64,000 nt of DNA. Origin: an uncultured Chloroflexia bacterium. GTDB taxonomy: Bacteria > Chloroflexota > Limnocylindria > Limnocylindrales > CSP1-4. The notes beneath the pieces are model-generated. The model did no database searches and was not told the DNA's origin. It was given only the letters and a program-made list of their open reading frames with translations. Position 1 is the first letter of the stretch. Every line of letters starts with the position of its first letter. The translations under genes were made by a program, and so were the position numbers. Below are positions 53,796 through 63,076 of the stretch, piece by piece. The stretch spans positions 192,001-256,000 of the forward strand of contig CAVTHS010000003.1 in the NCBI GenBank assembly GCA_963734535.1, read 5' to 3'.

Positions 53796-55195
53796 CGATC
53801 CGCGGCGGCGGCAGTCCGCGAGACGACCGCGACGCAGCGCCGGAACGCACCTCGATGGCGCATCGCCTGGGCGACGCGGCGGTGCGGTCCCGACCCGCCC
53901 GCACGGCCGGCGCGGCCCCGGGCCGCTCGGGCACGATCTCCGCCTCCGAGATGGTCGGTCGGGGACCCCGCGGACGGGGATCCGGGTCCCTCCGGTTCAT
54001 CCTGTTCCTGCTGCTGGGCGCAGGGCTCGTGCTCGCCCTCCTCGCGACGATCGGACGTCCGCTCGTGCGCGGCGTCGTCGTCGACCTGGCGGGCGACAAC
54101 CCGGGCGCGCTCGGCATCGGGTTCGTGGCGGACATGGTGCGCGAGGACCTGGGCAGCGCCCTGACGGACCCCGCGGGGTCGAACGCGACGGACGTCCCCT
54201 TCGCCGTCGCGACCGGCGACACCGCGACCACGATCGCCTCGCGGCTCGCCGAAGTGGGAGTGCTCCGCGATCCGCGCGCCTTCGTGCTCATCTCCCTCGA
54301 ACGGAACGCGACCACGAGCTACCGGGCCGGCGACTTCGTGGTCCGCCAGACGATGACGCCGGAACAGCTGTCCGCGGCGCTCCTGGCGCCGCCGGCGCCG
54401 GACCTGCACATCGTGCTGTCGATCCGAACCGGGCTTCGCCTCGAGCAGATCGCGGCGCTCATCCAGGCAAAGCCCGCGGACCGCGGGCTCGCCTCTCTTG
54501 CCATGTCCGCCTCCGCGTTCCTGGACCTGGTCCGCACGCCGCCGGCGTCACTCCTGCGGGATTACCCGTGGCTGCAGATCCCCAAAGGGGGAACGCTCGA
54601 GGGCTACCTGGCAGCGGGCGACTACCCGATCCTCCCCGACGTGACGCCGGACCAGCTGGTCCGAATGATGCTCGACCGGTTCATCAGCGAGGTCGGGGCG
54701 GAGCGCATGAACGTCGCCGCGTCCCGCGGGCTCACCTGGTACCAGGTCCTCAGCCTGGCTTCGATCGTCGAGCAGGAGGCGGCCGTCGACTCCGAGCGCC
54801 CGCTGATCGCGGGCGTCTACCAGAACCGCATCCTCAGGGGCATGATCCTCAACGCGGACCCAACCGTCATCTACGGAAACGACACCCTGAACCTTGCCGA
54901 CCTCGCGATGCCCGCATGGGCGACCTACAGCTTCTGGAACCTGGTCGGGTCCCCGCTTGCCAGCGTGAAATTCCCGCCGGCGCTGGCGGGCTTCCAGACG
55001 TACCAGCACCCGGGCCTGATCCCCGCGCCGATCTGCACGCCAACCGTGGCTTCCATCGACGCCGCGCTCGCGCCCAACACCAAGGCCGGCTACCTCTACT
55101 TCGTGGCCAAGCAGGACGGCAGCAGGACGCACGCCTTCGCGAAGACCGCTGCCGAGCACGAAGCCAACCTGCGGAAATACGGGTACATCAAGTGA
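53792..55195 (+). CDS. mltG: Endolytic transglycosylase MltG
   Basis: TM anchor, LEGYL, LASIVEQEA, IAGVYQNR, ADPTV.Y, YLYFVA. Confidence 0.93.
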   Translation: MTIRGGGSPRDDRDAAPERTSMAHRLGDAAVRSRPARTAGAAPGRSGTISASEMVGRGPRGRGSGSLRFILFLLLGAGLVLALLATIGRPLVRGVVVDLAGDNPGALGIGFVADMVREDLGSALTDPAGSNATDVPFAVATGDTATTIASRLAEVGVLRDPRAFVLISLERNATTSYRAGDFVVRQTMTPEQLSAALLAPPAPDLHIVLSIRTGLRLEQIAALIQAKPADRGLASLAMSASAFLDLVRTPPASLLRDYPWLQIPKGGTLEGYLAAGDYPILPDVTPDQLVRMMLDRFISEVGAERMNVAASRGLTWYQVLSLASIVEQEAAVDSERPLIAGVYQNRILRGMILNADPTVIYGNDTLNLADLAMPAWATYSFWNLVGSPLASVKFPPALAGFQTYQHPGLIPAPICTPTVASIDAALAPNTKAGYLYFVAKQDGSRTHAFAKTAAEHEANLRKYGYIK

Positions 55196-56418
55196 CCCGG
55201 GGCGGACCGGACGGCCTGCCGGTCGCGGCCGATTTCGCGCCGCCGCCCGGCCCCCGCCGGAGACGGGCCTGGGACGAGGCGGACAGGGCGGCCCGTCCTG
55301 CCAGGCTCGCGCGCCTTCGTGCTCACCTCTCCGCGGAGGGGATCGATGCGTACTTCGGCCTCGGCCGCGAGGAGATCCGGTACCTGGCCGGGGTCGCCCT
55401 CGGCGACGGCGAGGAGAAGGTCGCCGGCCATTCCGGCCGGTTCCTCGTGTCCGCGGAGGCAGTGGTCGTGCTCGCCGACAGCCGCTACACGCTCCAGGCC
55501 CGCCGCGAGGCACCCGATGCGCGCGTCGAGGTGGTGACCTACGACCTGGCCGCCCGGTGGGCCGAGCTGTGCGGCTCGATCGGCGCCCGCCGGGTTGCGG
55601 TGCCCGCCGCCGACATCAGCCATGCGCTCTGGGGAGAGCTGGCCGCGGCCGCCCCCGGCGTGGAGCTGGTGCCTGCCGGCCCCTGGGTCGCCGAGGATCG
55701 CGCGGTCAAGGAGCCGGCCGAGATCGAGCGGATCGCGGCCGCCTGCGCCGTCGCGGATCGCGCGCTCGCGATGCTCCTGCCCGAGATCCGCCCCGGCGTG
55801 ACCGAGGCATCGCTCGCGTGGCGCCTGGAGACGATGATGCGGGAGGGTGGCGCCGAGGCGCTCGCCTTCGATGTGGCGGCGCTCGCTGGCCCCCAGGCCG
55901 CGCTGCCCCACGGATCACCGGGCGAGCGGCGCGTTCGCACGGGCCAGGTGCTGCTCTTCGACTTCGGGGCGCAGGTCGCGGGTTATCGGAGCGACATGAC
56001 GCGGACGCTCTTCGTCGGCGAGCCGCGACCGCGCGACCTGGCGGTCCACGAGCTGGTGGCGCGCGCCCAGGCGGCCACGATCGCGTACCTGGAGGCATCG
56101 CTGGCGGCCGGGACCGTCCCGAACGGGCGGGCGGCCGACGCGGCGGCGCGCGACGTCATCGCCGCGGCCGGCCACGGGCACCACTTCGGGCATGGCACCG
56201 GGCACGGGATCGGCCTCGCCACGCACGAGGCGCCGTCGCTCTCGCGCGTGGCGTCGGACGCGCCGCTGCCGAGCCCGACCGTCTTCTCCGTGGAGCCCGG
56301 CGTCTACCTCGACGGCCGGACGGGCGTCCGGATCGAGGATCTCGTCCACTTCGATGTGGCCGCGGGCCGGGTCGACCGTCTCACGCGCTTCCCTCGCGAG
56401 GTGCTCGTCGTCGGGTGA
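55192..56418 (+). CDS. Xaa-Pro peptidase (M24B)
   Basis: DSRY, LPHG, DFGA, SDMTRT, HGTGHGIG...HE, VEPGVY, GVRIED; precedes efp. Confidence 0.92.
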   Translation: MTRGGPDGLPVAADFAPPPGPRRRRAWDEADRAARPARLARLRAHLSAEGIDAYFGLGREEIRYLAGVALGDGEEKVAGHSGRFLVSAEAVVVLADSRYTLQARREAPDARVEVVTYDLAARWAELCGSIGARRVAVPAADISHALWGELAAAAPGVELVPAGPWVAEDRAVKEPAEIERIAAACAVADRALAMLLPEIRPGVTEASLAWRLETMMREGGAEALAFDVAALAGPQAALPHGSPGERRVRTGQVLLFDFGAQVAGYRSDMTRTLFVGEPRPRDLAVHELVARAQAATIAYLEASLAAGTVPNGRAADAAARDVIAAAGHGHHFGHGTGHGIGLATHEAPSLSRVASDAPLPSPTVFSVEPGVYLDGRTGVRIEDLVHFDVAAGRVDRLTRFPREVLVVG

Positions 56419-56586
56419 CCGGGCCCGCTCGCCGGGGCGGCCGCGAGGCTCGTCCGGCAGGCACCCGGGTGCGTCGGGTCGGCCGGCGCGGGGAGTGGGT
56501 CGGCCCGTCTGCTACGATCCATCGCACCATCACGATCAGCTGCGCCGGCGCGCGCCCATTCCCGCCGGCCCCCGAGGGAGCCTTCC

Positions 56587-57144
56587 ATGATCTCCACCGG
56601 CGAGCTGCACAAGGGCGTCGTCATCGAGCTCGACGGCGACCTCTGGCAGATTCTCGACTACCACCACATCAAGATGGGCCGTGGATCGGCCCAGGTCCGG
56701 ATCAAGCTCAAGAACGTGAAGAAGGGCTCGATCGTCGAGAAGTCCTTCCAGGCAGGCGAGCGGTGGCCGCGGGCACAGCTCGATCGGCGCCCGATCCAGT
56801 TCATGTACCGCGACGGCGACGCCTTCCACTTCATGGAGATGGAGACGTACGAGCAGTTCCACCTCAACGCGGACCAGCTCGAGGACGCCGTCAACTACAT
56901 GAAGGACGGCATGACGCTCGACCGGATCAGCTATGACGGTGAGACGCTCGGCGTGGAGCTCCCGATCACGGTGGACCTCCTGGTCGTCGGGACGGATCCC
57001 GGCTTCGCCGGCGACACCGCGACAGGCGCCCGCAAGCCCGCCACGACCGAGTCCGGCCTGATCGTGCAGGTGCCGCTCTTCGTGACCGAGGGCGACACCA
57101 TCCGCGTCGACACGCGCACTGGCGAGTACCAGACCCGGCTCTAG
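56587..57144 (+). CDS. efp: Elongation factor P
   Basis: HIKMGRGSA, FMEMETYEQ, PGFAGDTA, VQVPLFV, VDTRTGEY. Confidence 0.97.
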   Translation: MISTGELHKGVVIELDGDLWQILDYHHIKMGRGSAQVRIKLKNVKKGSIVEKSFQAGERWPRAQLDRRPIQFMYRDGDAFHFMEMETYEQFHLNADQLEDAVNYMKDGMTLDRISYDGETLGVELPITVDLLVVGTDPGFAGDTATGARKPATTESGLIVQVPLFVTEGDTIRVDTRTGEYQTRL

Positions 57145-57194
57145 CTGCCTCCCCGGGCCGCCGCGAACCCCAGCCGAACGCCGGAGCTGCGTGC

Positions 57195-58634
57195 GTGCCC
57201 GACGACGAGCCGCCGGACTGGGCGCTCCCCGCGTGGGACGCGATCGACCTCGGGACGCGGCCCCCCGACCGATCGCGACCCGGCCGCCCCGCCGGCACGT
57301 TCGGGCTCCGGATCCTGGCCGTCACCGAGGTCACCCACGCGGTCCGCGACGCGCTTCGCGAGGATCCGCGGCTCGCCGACCTGTGGGTCGAGGGCGAGGT
57401 GGGCCGCGTGACGGTCAGCTCGGCAGGCCACGCCTACTTCACCCTGCGCGACGAGAAGAGCCAGCTCGCCTGCGTCTTCTTCCGCGAGGACCGACAGGCC
57501 AGCGCGTTCGAGCCGCAGTCAGGGATGCGGGTGATCGTGCATGGCCGGATCGACGTCTTCGACGCGCAGGGCGTCTACCAGTGCTATGTCGCCGCGATCC
57601 AGCCGGCGGGCTTCGGTGACCTGGCCCTCCGATTCGAGCAGACGAAGGCGCGCCTCGCGGCGGAGGGGCTGTTCGACGCGAGGCGCAAGCGGCCGCTCCC
57701 CGTGCGTCCGGCGACGATCGCCGTCGTCACCAGCCTGTCGGGCGCGGTGATCCACGACATCCGGCGCGTGCTGGCGCGGCGCTGGCCCCTTGTCCGCGTC
57801 GTCGTGAGCGCCTGTCGCGTCCAGGGGGACGGCGCCGCCGAGACGATCGTGGCGGCGCTTGGCCGGCTGGCCCGCTACGACGCCGCCTGCCGCGCGAACG
57901 ACCGGGCGGCGGATGCCCCGGGGCTCGTCATCGTTGCCCGCGGCGGCGGTTCGCTCGAGGATCTCTTCGCCTTCAATGACGAGCGCGTCGTGCGTGCCAT
58001 CGCCGGCCATCCGGTGCCGGTGGTGAGCGGCATCGGCCACGAGACGGACGTGACGCTCTCGGACTTCGCGGCCGACCTCCGTGCGCCGACGCCGTCGGCG
58101 GCCGCCGAGCTCGCCGTGCCCGACCGGCTCGAGGTCGTGATGGCGCTCCGCGGGCGGCGTCGCAGGCTCGACGAGGCGGCGACGCGCGCCCTTGCCGGTT
58201 CCTCCCGTCGGGTGGCCGCGGAACGGCGCGCACTCGAGGGGCTGCGGCCCGCGACGCGGCTGGCGGCCGCCCGGGAGCGGGCCGGGTACCTCCTGGACCG
58301 CGCGACCGCTGCCATCTCGGGGCGGATTGCCGTCGATCGCCGCGCCACCGAGCACGCCGCGCGCGACCTCGGGCCACTCGTCGGGGGACGCCTCCGGCGC
58401 GAACGCGGGCGGCTCGCGACGGCGTCGGCAGCCCTCGGCGCGCTGGGTCCGGAGGCCACCCTCGCCCGCGGCTACGCGATCGTGCGGCGCGCGGAGGATG
58501 GAGCGATCCTCCGCGATCCCGCCGAGTCGCCGGCCGGGACGCGGCTCCGCCTGCGCCTGGCCCGGGGCGAGCTGGCCGCCCGCGCCGAGAGCGTCGAGCC
58601 TGCCGCCCATTCGGGGGGCGAAGCACGTGGCTGA
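57195..58634 (+). CDS. xseA: Exodeoxyribonuclease VII large subunit
   Basis: WVEGEV, GHAYFTL, VQGDGA, ARGGGSLEDL, SGIGHETD, RAPTPSAAAE. Confidence 0.95.
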   Translation: MPDDEPPDWALPAWDAIDLGTRPPDRSRPGRPAGTFGLRILAVTEVTHAVRDALREDPRLADLWVEGEVGRVTVSSAGHAYFTLRDEKSQLACVFFREDRQASAFEPQSGMRVIVHGRIDVFDAQGVYQCYVAAIQPAGFGDLALRFEQTKARLAAEGLFDARRKRPLPVRPATIAVVTSLSGAVIHDIRRVLARRWPLVRVVVSACRVQGDGAAETIVAALGRLARYDAACRANDRAADAPGLVIVARGGGSLEDLFAFNDERVVRAIAGHPVPVVSGIGHETDVTLSDFAADLRAPTPSAAAELAVPDRLEVVMALRGRRRRLDEAATRALAGSSRRVAAERRALEGLRPATRLAAARERAGYLLDRATAAISGRIAVDRRATEHAARDLGPLVGGRLRRERGRLATASAALGALGPEATLARGYAIVRRAEDGAILRDPAESPAGTRLRLRLARGELAARAESVEPAAHSGGEARG

Positions 58635-58824
58635 CCTGGTGGTCTTCGTCGCGCTCGTCGGGCTCATCGGTGCGGCCGGGGTCCTGCTTGGTATGCTCGC
58701 GGCGCGGCGGCTTGGCGCCTGGGACGACCGGCGATCCGCCGCCGCGGACGCAGCCACGGCCCCGGGCATCTTCGGGCCGGCGATCGACGACCTGGGCCAG
58801 GATGGAGGCGAGACCCTTGACTGA
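58627..58824 (+). CDS. Small single-TM protein between xseA and xseB
   Basis: 65 aa; LVVFVALVGLIGAAGVLLGML then RR; overlaps both neighbours by 8 nt. Confidence 0.55.
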   Translation: MADLVVFVALVGLIGAAGVLLGMLAARRLGAWDDRRSAAADAATAPGIFGPAIDDLGQDGGETLD

Positions 58825-59110
58825 GGCGCTCGTGGCGCTCGAGACCCTGACCTTCGACGCGGCCCTGGCCGAGCTCGAGCGGACCGTCGCGGAGCTCGAG
58901 GCGGGCGGCCTGCCGCTGGAGCAGACGATCGCCCGCTACGAGCGGGGCGTCGCCCTGGAGCAGCGCTGCGAGCAGCTCCTCGCCGATGCCGAGCTGCGCG
59001 TCCGGCGACTCGTCGAGGGGGCGCGAGGGGCGCTGGAGGTGGCCGAGCTCCGGCTCGACCCCGACGCGGCGGAGACGCCGTCGGGCGCCCTCCCGGGGGC
59101 CGGAGAGTAG
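58817..59110 (+). CDS. xseB: Exodeoxyribonuclease VII small subunit
   Basis: TFDAALAELE..V..LE.G.LPLE....YERG; GGAGG before TTG. Confidence 0.92.
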   Translation: MTEALVALETLTFDAALAELERTVAELEAGGLPLEQTIARYERGVALEQRCEQLLADAELRVRRLVEGARGALEVAELRLDPDAAETPSGALPGAGE

Positions 59111-59223
59111 ACTCGCGGGATCGCCCGGCGGGCACCAACGAGGGTCTCCGTCCTCGGCGAGCGTCATTCGATACGAAGCCGCGTCCCGCGGCGTACGAGC
59201 ACGCCGAACCAAGGAGCCAGCGC

Positions 59224-61275
59224 GTGGCGATCCTGCCGACTCTCCACGGCCCGGGCGATCTTCGCGGCATGAGCGAGACCCGGCTCGCGGAGCTTGCCGA
59301 AGAGATCCGCCGGGCAATCATCTCCACCGTCGCCACGACCGGGGGCCACCTTGGCTCTTCGCTCGGCGTGGTGGAGATCACCCTTGCCCTCCACCGTATT
59401 CTCGAGTCGCCCCGCGACCGGATCGTCTGGGACACCGGGCACCAGGCCTACCCGCACAAGCTGCTCACCGGGCGCTACGCGCGCTTCGGGACGCTTCGCC
59501 AGCTCGGCGGGATCGGGGGCTTCCCGCGCCGCAGCGAGTCGGACCACGATGTCTTCGACGGCGGCCACGCGGGGACGGGCCTCTCGATCGCGGCGGGGCT
59601 TGCGACCGCGCGGGACGTCCGCCACGGGATGGAGCGCATCGCCGTCATCGTCGGCGACGCGGCGCTCATGAGCGGGCTCTCGCTCGAGGCGCTCAACGAC
59701 CTGGGTCATCGCCACACGCCGGTTCTCATCATCCTCAATGACAACGAGATGTCGATCAGCCCATCGGTGGGCGCGCTCTCGAAGTACCTCTCGGAGATCA
59801 AGCTCTCCACCGCATGGCAGCAGTCGAAGCGCGGCTACGACCAGTTCGTCGAGCGGGTGCCGATGGTCGGGCCGACTGCCCTCGAGTTCAGCCGGCGCGT
59901 CCGCAAGTCGGTGGTCAGCTTCGCCCAGCCCGGTCAGCTCTTCGAGGATCTCGGGATCACGTACATCGGGGTCGTTCCCGGCCACGACCTGCGGACGCTC
60001 GAGCATACGTTCCGCAGCGCCCTCGCCCTCGACGCGCCGGTCCTGGTCCACGTCCGGACCCAGAAGGGCCGCGGCTACCACCCGGCGGAGAAGGATCAGG
60101 TCGGCTTCCACGGCGCCGCGCTGCCGCCCATGACGGACTCCCACGAGGCGCGCCGGGGCAGGTCGGCCAGCCCGTTCGGGGCCGGCGAGATCAGCGCCGT
60201 CTCGACCGGGACGGGTGCACGAAACGGCGGCGCAGTGCGTCCGGCGGCGGAGCAGGCGGCCCAGGCGAAGCAGCCGAACTACACCTATCACTTCGCGCAG
60301 GAGATCGTCGCCGCCGCCCGCGAGGATCGCCGGATCGTCGCGATCACGGCCGGAATGCCGACCGGGACCGGGCTCAACCGGTTCCAGGCGGAGTTCCCGG
60401 ACCGCTTCATCGACGTCGGGATCGCGGAGCAGCACGCAGTCGCGCTCGCGACGGGGATCGCCCTCGGCGGAGGGCGCCCGGTCGTCGCGATCTACGCCAC
60501 CTTCCTCCAGCGCGCGTTCGACCAGATCGTGCACGACGCAGCACAGAACGACCAGCCGATCCTGATCGGCGTGGACCGTGCCGGCCTCGTGGGCGAGGAC
60601 GGGACCAGTCACCAGGGGATGTTCTCGTACCCGGCCCACCGCCAGATCCCGAACCTCGTCATCGCCGCGCCGAAGGACGAGCAGGAGCTGCGCTCGCTGG
60701 TCCGGACCGCGCTCGCCCAGGAGCACCCGTTCGCCCTCAACTACCCGCGCGACGCCGGCTTCGGTGTGCCCGAGCGGACGCCGGAGGTCCTCCCGGTGGG
60801 GCGTGGCGAGGTCCTTCGCGAAGGGACGGACATCCTCCTTGTCGGGTTCGGGCCGATCGTCGCCCGGGGACTCGAGGTCGCCGACGCGCTTGCCGCCGGC
60901 GGATGGTCGGTCGGCGTGATCAACGCCCGCTTCCTCAAGCCGATGGACCGCCAGCTGATCCTGGACCAGGCGCGCGGGAAGCGCCTCGTGGTCACGCTCG
61001 AAGAGAGCACCGTGATCGGCGGGTTCGGCTCCGCGATCCTCGAGGTGCTCGAGGAGGCGCGGCTGGCCGATCCGGCATACCGCGAGGTGGCCCTCCGGAT
61101 CGTGGGCATCCCGGGCGATCGGTTCATCGACCACGGGTCGGTGGGCGATCTGCGAAGGCTCATCCGCCTGGACACTCCCGGGATCCTTGCCCAGGTGCAC
61201 GAGACCCTGGACCTGCTCCGCGCCACGCCGCCTGCCGCGACTGTCCGCCCACCCTCGGCGACGGCGCCTGCCTGA
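59224..61275 (+). CDS. dxs: 1-deoxy-D-xylulose-5-phosphate synthase
   Basis: GGHLGSSLG, WDTGHQAY, GDAAL...NDN, DVGIAEQHA, DRAGLVGEDG. Confidence 0.97.
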   Translation: MAILPTLHGPGDLRGMSETRLAELAEEIRRAIISTVATTGGHLGSSLGVVEITLALHRILESPRDRIVWDTGHQAYPHKLLTGRYARFGTLRQLGGIGGFPRRSESDHDVFDGGHAGTGLSIAAGLATARDVRHGMERIAVIVGDAALMSGLSLEALNDLGHRHTPVLIILNDNEMSISPSVGALSKYLSEIKLSTAWQQSKRGYDQFVERVPMVGPTALEFSRRVRKSVVSFAQPGQLFEDLGITYIGVVPGHDLRTLEHTFRSALALDAPVLVHVRTQKGRGYHPAEKDQVGFHGAALPPMTDSHEARRGRSASPFGAGEISAVSTGTGARNGGAVRPAAEQAAQAKQPNYTYHFAQEIVAAAREDRRIVAITAGMPTGTGLNRFQAEFPDRFIDVGIAEQHAVALATGIALGGGRPVVAIYATFLQRAFDQIVHDAAQNDQPILIGVDRAGLVGEDGTSHQGMFSYPAHRQIPNLVIAAPKDEQELRSLVRTALAQEHPFALNYPRDAGFGVPERTPEVLPVGRGEVLREGTDILLVGFGPIVARGLEVADALAAGGWSVGVINARFLKPMDRQLILDQARGKRLVVTLEESTVIGGFGSAILEVLEEARLADPAYREVALRIVGIPGDRFIDHGSVGDLRRLIRLDTPGILAQVHETLDLLRATPPAATVRPPSATAPA

Positions 61276-61347
61276 CGGCGATGCGGCGCCGGATGCGTCA
61301 CGGGCCGGGATGCGCCGGAGTGCAGCGGTGCGTGGCATGATCGCGCG

Positions 61348-62229
61348 GTGAGCACCGCCGGCCGCGTGGATCCCCCGACCTCGATGGCCAGCCCGGCGCG
61401 CCCGCGGCGTGCGCGGCGCGTCCGGCTGGACCAGCTGCTCGTGGAGCGCGGGCTCGTCGAGACCCGGAGCCGGGCGCAGGCGCTCCTCCTCGCCGGCCGC
61501 GTGCGCGTGGGGGCGGGTGACGCGGCCCGGTTTGACCGGAAGCCCGGGGACCTGGTCGACGGCTCCCTCGCGCTGGAGGTCGCCACGCCCATGCCCTTCG
61601 TCTCGCGGGGCGGGGAGAAGCTCGCCGGCGCCCTCGACGCGTTCCGGGTGGATCCGTCGGGCCTGGTCTGCCTGGACGCCGGCGCGTCGACCGGTGGGTT
61701 CACGGACGCGCTGCTGCAGCGCGGCGCCGCCCGGGTTCACGCCGTGGACGTCGGTCGCGGACAGCTCGCGGCATCGCTCGTCCGCAACCCGCGGGTGATC
61801 GTCCACGACCGGGTCAACGCGCGCCACCTGGAGCCCGCCATGCTGGGCGAGCCGGTGTCGCTTGCAGTCGTCGACGTCTCGTTCATCTCGCTGGCGCTGG
61901 TGCTCGGGCCGGTGGCACGCTGCGTCACCGCCGGCGGCCGGATCGTCGCGCTCGTGAAGCCCCAGTTCGAGGCCGGGCGAGGTGAGGTGCCGGGCGGGGT
62001 CGTGCGTGATCCCGCGGTCCATCATGCCGTCCTGGCGCGAGCCCTCGCGACTGCCCGGGGCCTCGGCCTCGTCCCGCTCGACGTCACGCGGTCGACCCTG
62101 ATCGGTCCCGCGGGCAATCGCGAGTTCTTCGTGCACCTCGGCGTGCCGGACCCCGCAGCCCCGGACGCCCTGGGCCGCGACGCGCGACCGGACCTGGCCG
62201 CCCGCGTCGCGGGATGCACCGCCCCATGA
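61348..62229 (+). CDS. tlyA: TlyA-family rRNA 2'-O-methyltransferase
   Basis: RLDQLL S4 domain, FVSRGGEKL, DAGASTGGFTD, DVSFISL, KPQFE, GNREF. Confidence 0.95.
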   Translation: MSTAGRVDPPTSMASPARPRRARRVRLDQLLVERGLVETRSRAQALLLAGRVRVGAGDAARFDRKPGDLVDGSLALEVATPMPFVSRGGEKLAGALDAFRVDPSGLVCLDAGASTGGFTDALLQRGAARVHAVDVGRGQLAASLVRNPRVIVHDRVNARHLEPAMLGEPVSLAVVDVSFISLALVLGPVARCVTAGGRIVALVKPQFEAGRGEVPGGVVRDPAVHHAVLARALATARGLGLVPLDVTRSTLIGPAGNREFFVHLGVPDPAAPDALGRDARPDLAARVAGCTAP

Positions 62230-63074
62230 CCGAGATCCGGCGGATCGGCTTCGCCTACAACCCGACGAAGGACGACGCGGTCGAGCTCTCGGCTCGCGCC
62301 ACCGGCTGGTGCGCCGTGCGCGGCATCGAGTCGTGGACCCTCGCCTCCGCGGACCACGAGCGCCTCGTGCGCGCACTGCCCGGGACGCAGGTTCTCGTCG
62401 TGCTCGGCGGCGACGGCACGTTCCTGCGTGCGGCCCGGGCGGTCACCGAGGTCGACGTGCCGATCGTGGGCGTGAACCTCGGCAAGGTCGGCTTCCTCTC
62501 CAAGGCCGAGGCGCACGAGCTCGAGCCACTCCTCGAGAAGCTTCGGACGGGCGCATACACGCTCGAGCCGCGGATGGCGCTCCGAGGGTCGATCCACGGC
62601 CCCGGCGGCGGCGCACCGCGACGCACGTTCGTCGCGCTCAACGACGTGGTCATCGCGCGCGGATCGCTCGCCCGCGTCGTCCGGCTGGAGGTGGACATCG
62701 GACCGTCGCACCTCGCCACGTACGTGGCCGACGGGCTGGTGGTGGCCAGCCCGACCGGCTCCACGGGTTACTCCTTCTCGGCCGGTGGGCCGATCCTCGA
62801 CCCGCTGAGCCGGAATCTCGTCGTCTCGCCGATCGCCGCCTACCTCTCGGCAATTCGCTCGGTCGTGGTGAGCCCCGACCACGTGGTCAGCTGTCGCGTC
62901 GCGGAGGCACACGAGGCGCTCGTCTCGATCGATGGGCGCGAGGACGTCCGCTTGTCTGTGGGCGACGTGGTCACGGTGGCAGCGCTCCAGCGGCCGGTCC
63001 GCTTCCTCGAGCCCGATGGCGCCCTGCCGTTCTGGGACCTCCTGCGCCAGAAGGCGCAGCTGCTGCCCTCCTGA
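62226..63074 (+). CDS. nadK: NAD kinase
   Basis: LGGDGTFL, GKVGFL, ALND, DGLVVASPTGSTGYSFSAGGP. Confidence 0.96.
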   Translation: MTEIRRIGFAYNPTKDDAVELSARATGWCAVRGIESWTLASADHERLVRALPGTQVLVVLGGDGTFLRAARAVTEVDVPIVGVNLGKVGFLSKAEAHELEPLLEKLRTGAYTLEPRMALRGSIHGPGGGAPRRTFVALNDVVIARGSLARVVRLEVDIGPSHLATYVADGLVVASPTGSTGYSFSAGGPILDPLSRNLVVSPIAAYLSAIRSVVVSPDHVVSCRVAEAHEALVSIDGREDVRLSVGDVVTVAALQRPVRFLEPDGALPFWDLLRQKAQLLPS

Positions 63075-63076
63075 GC

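Noticed and set aside
59111-59223. Structured leader or TPP riboswitch before dxs
   Set aside because: No CUGAGA or ACCUGAU core; hairpins are expected by chance at this GC content
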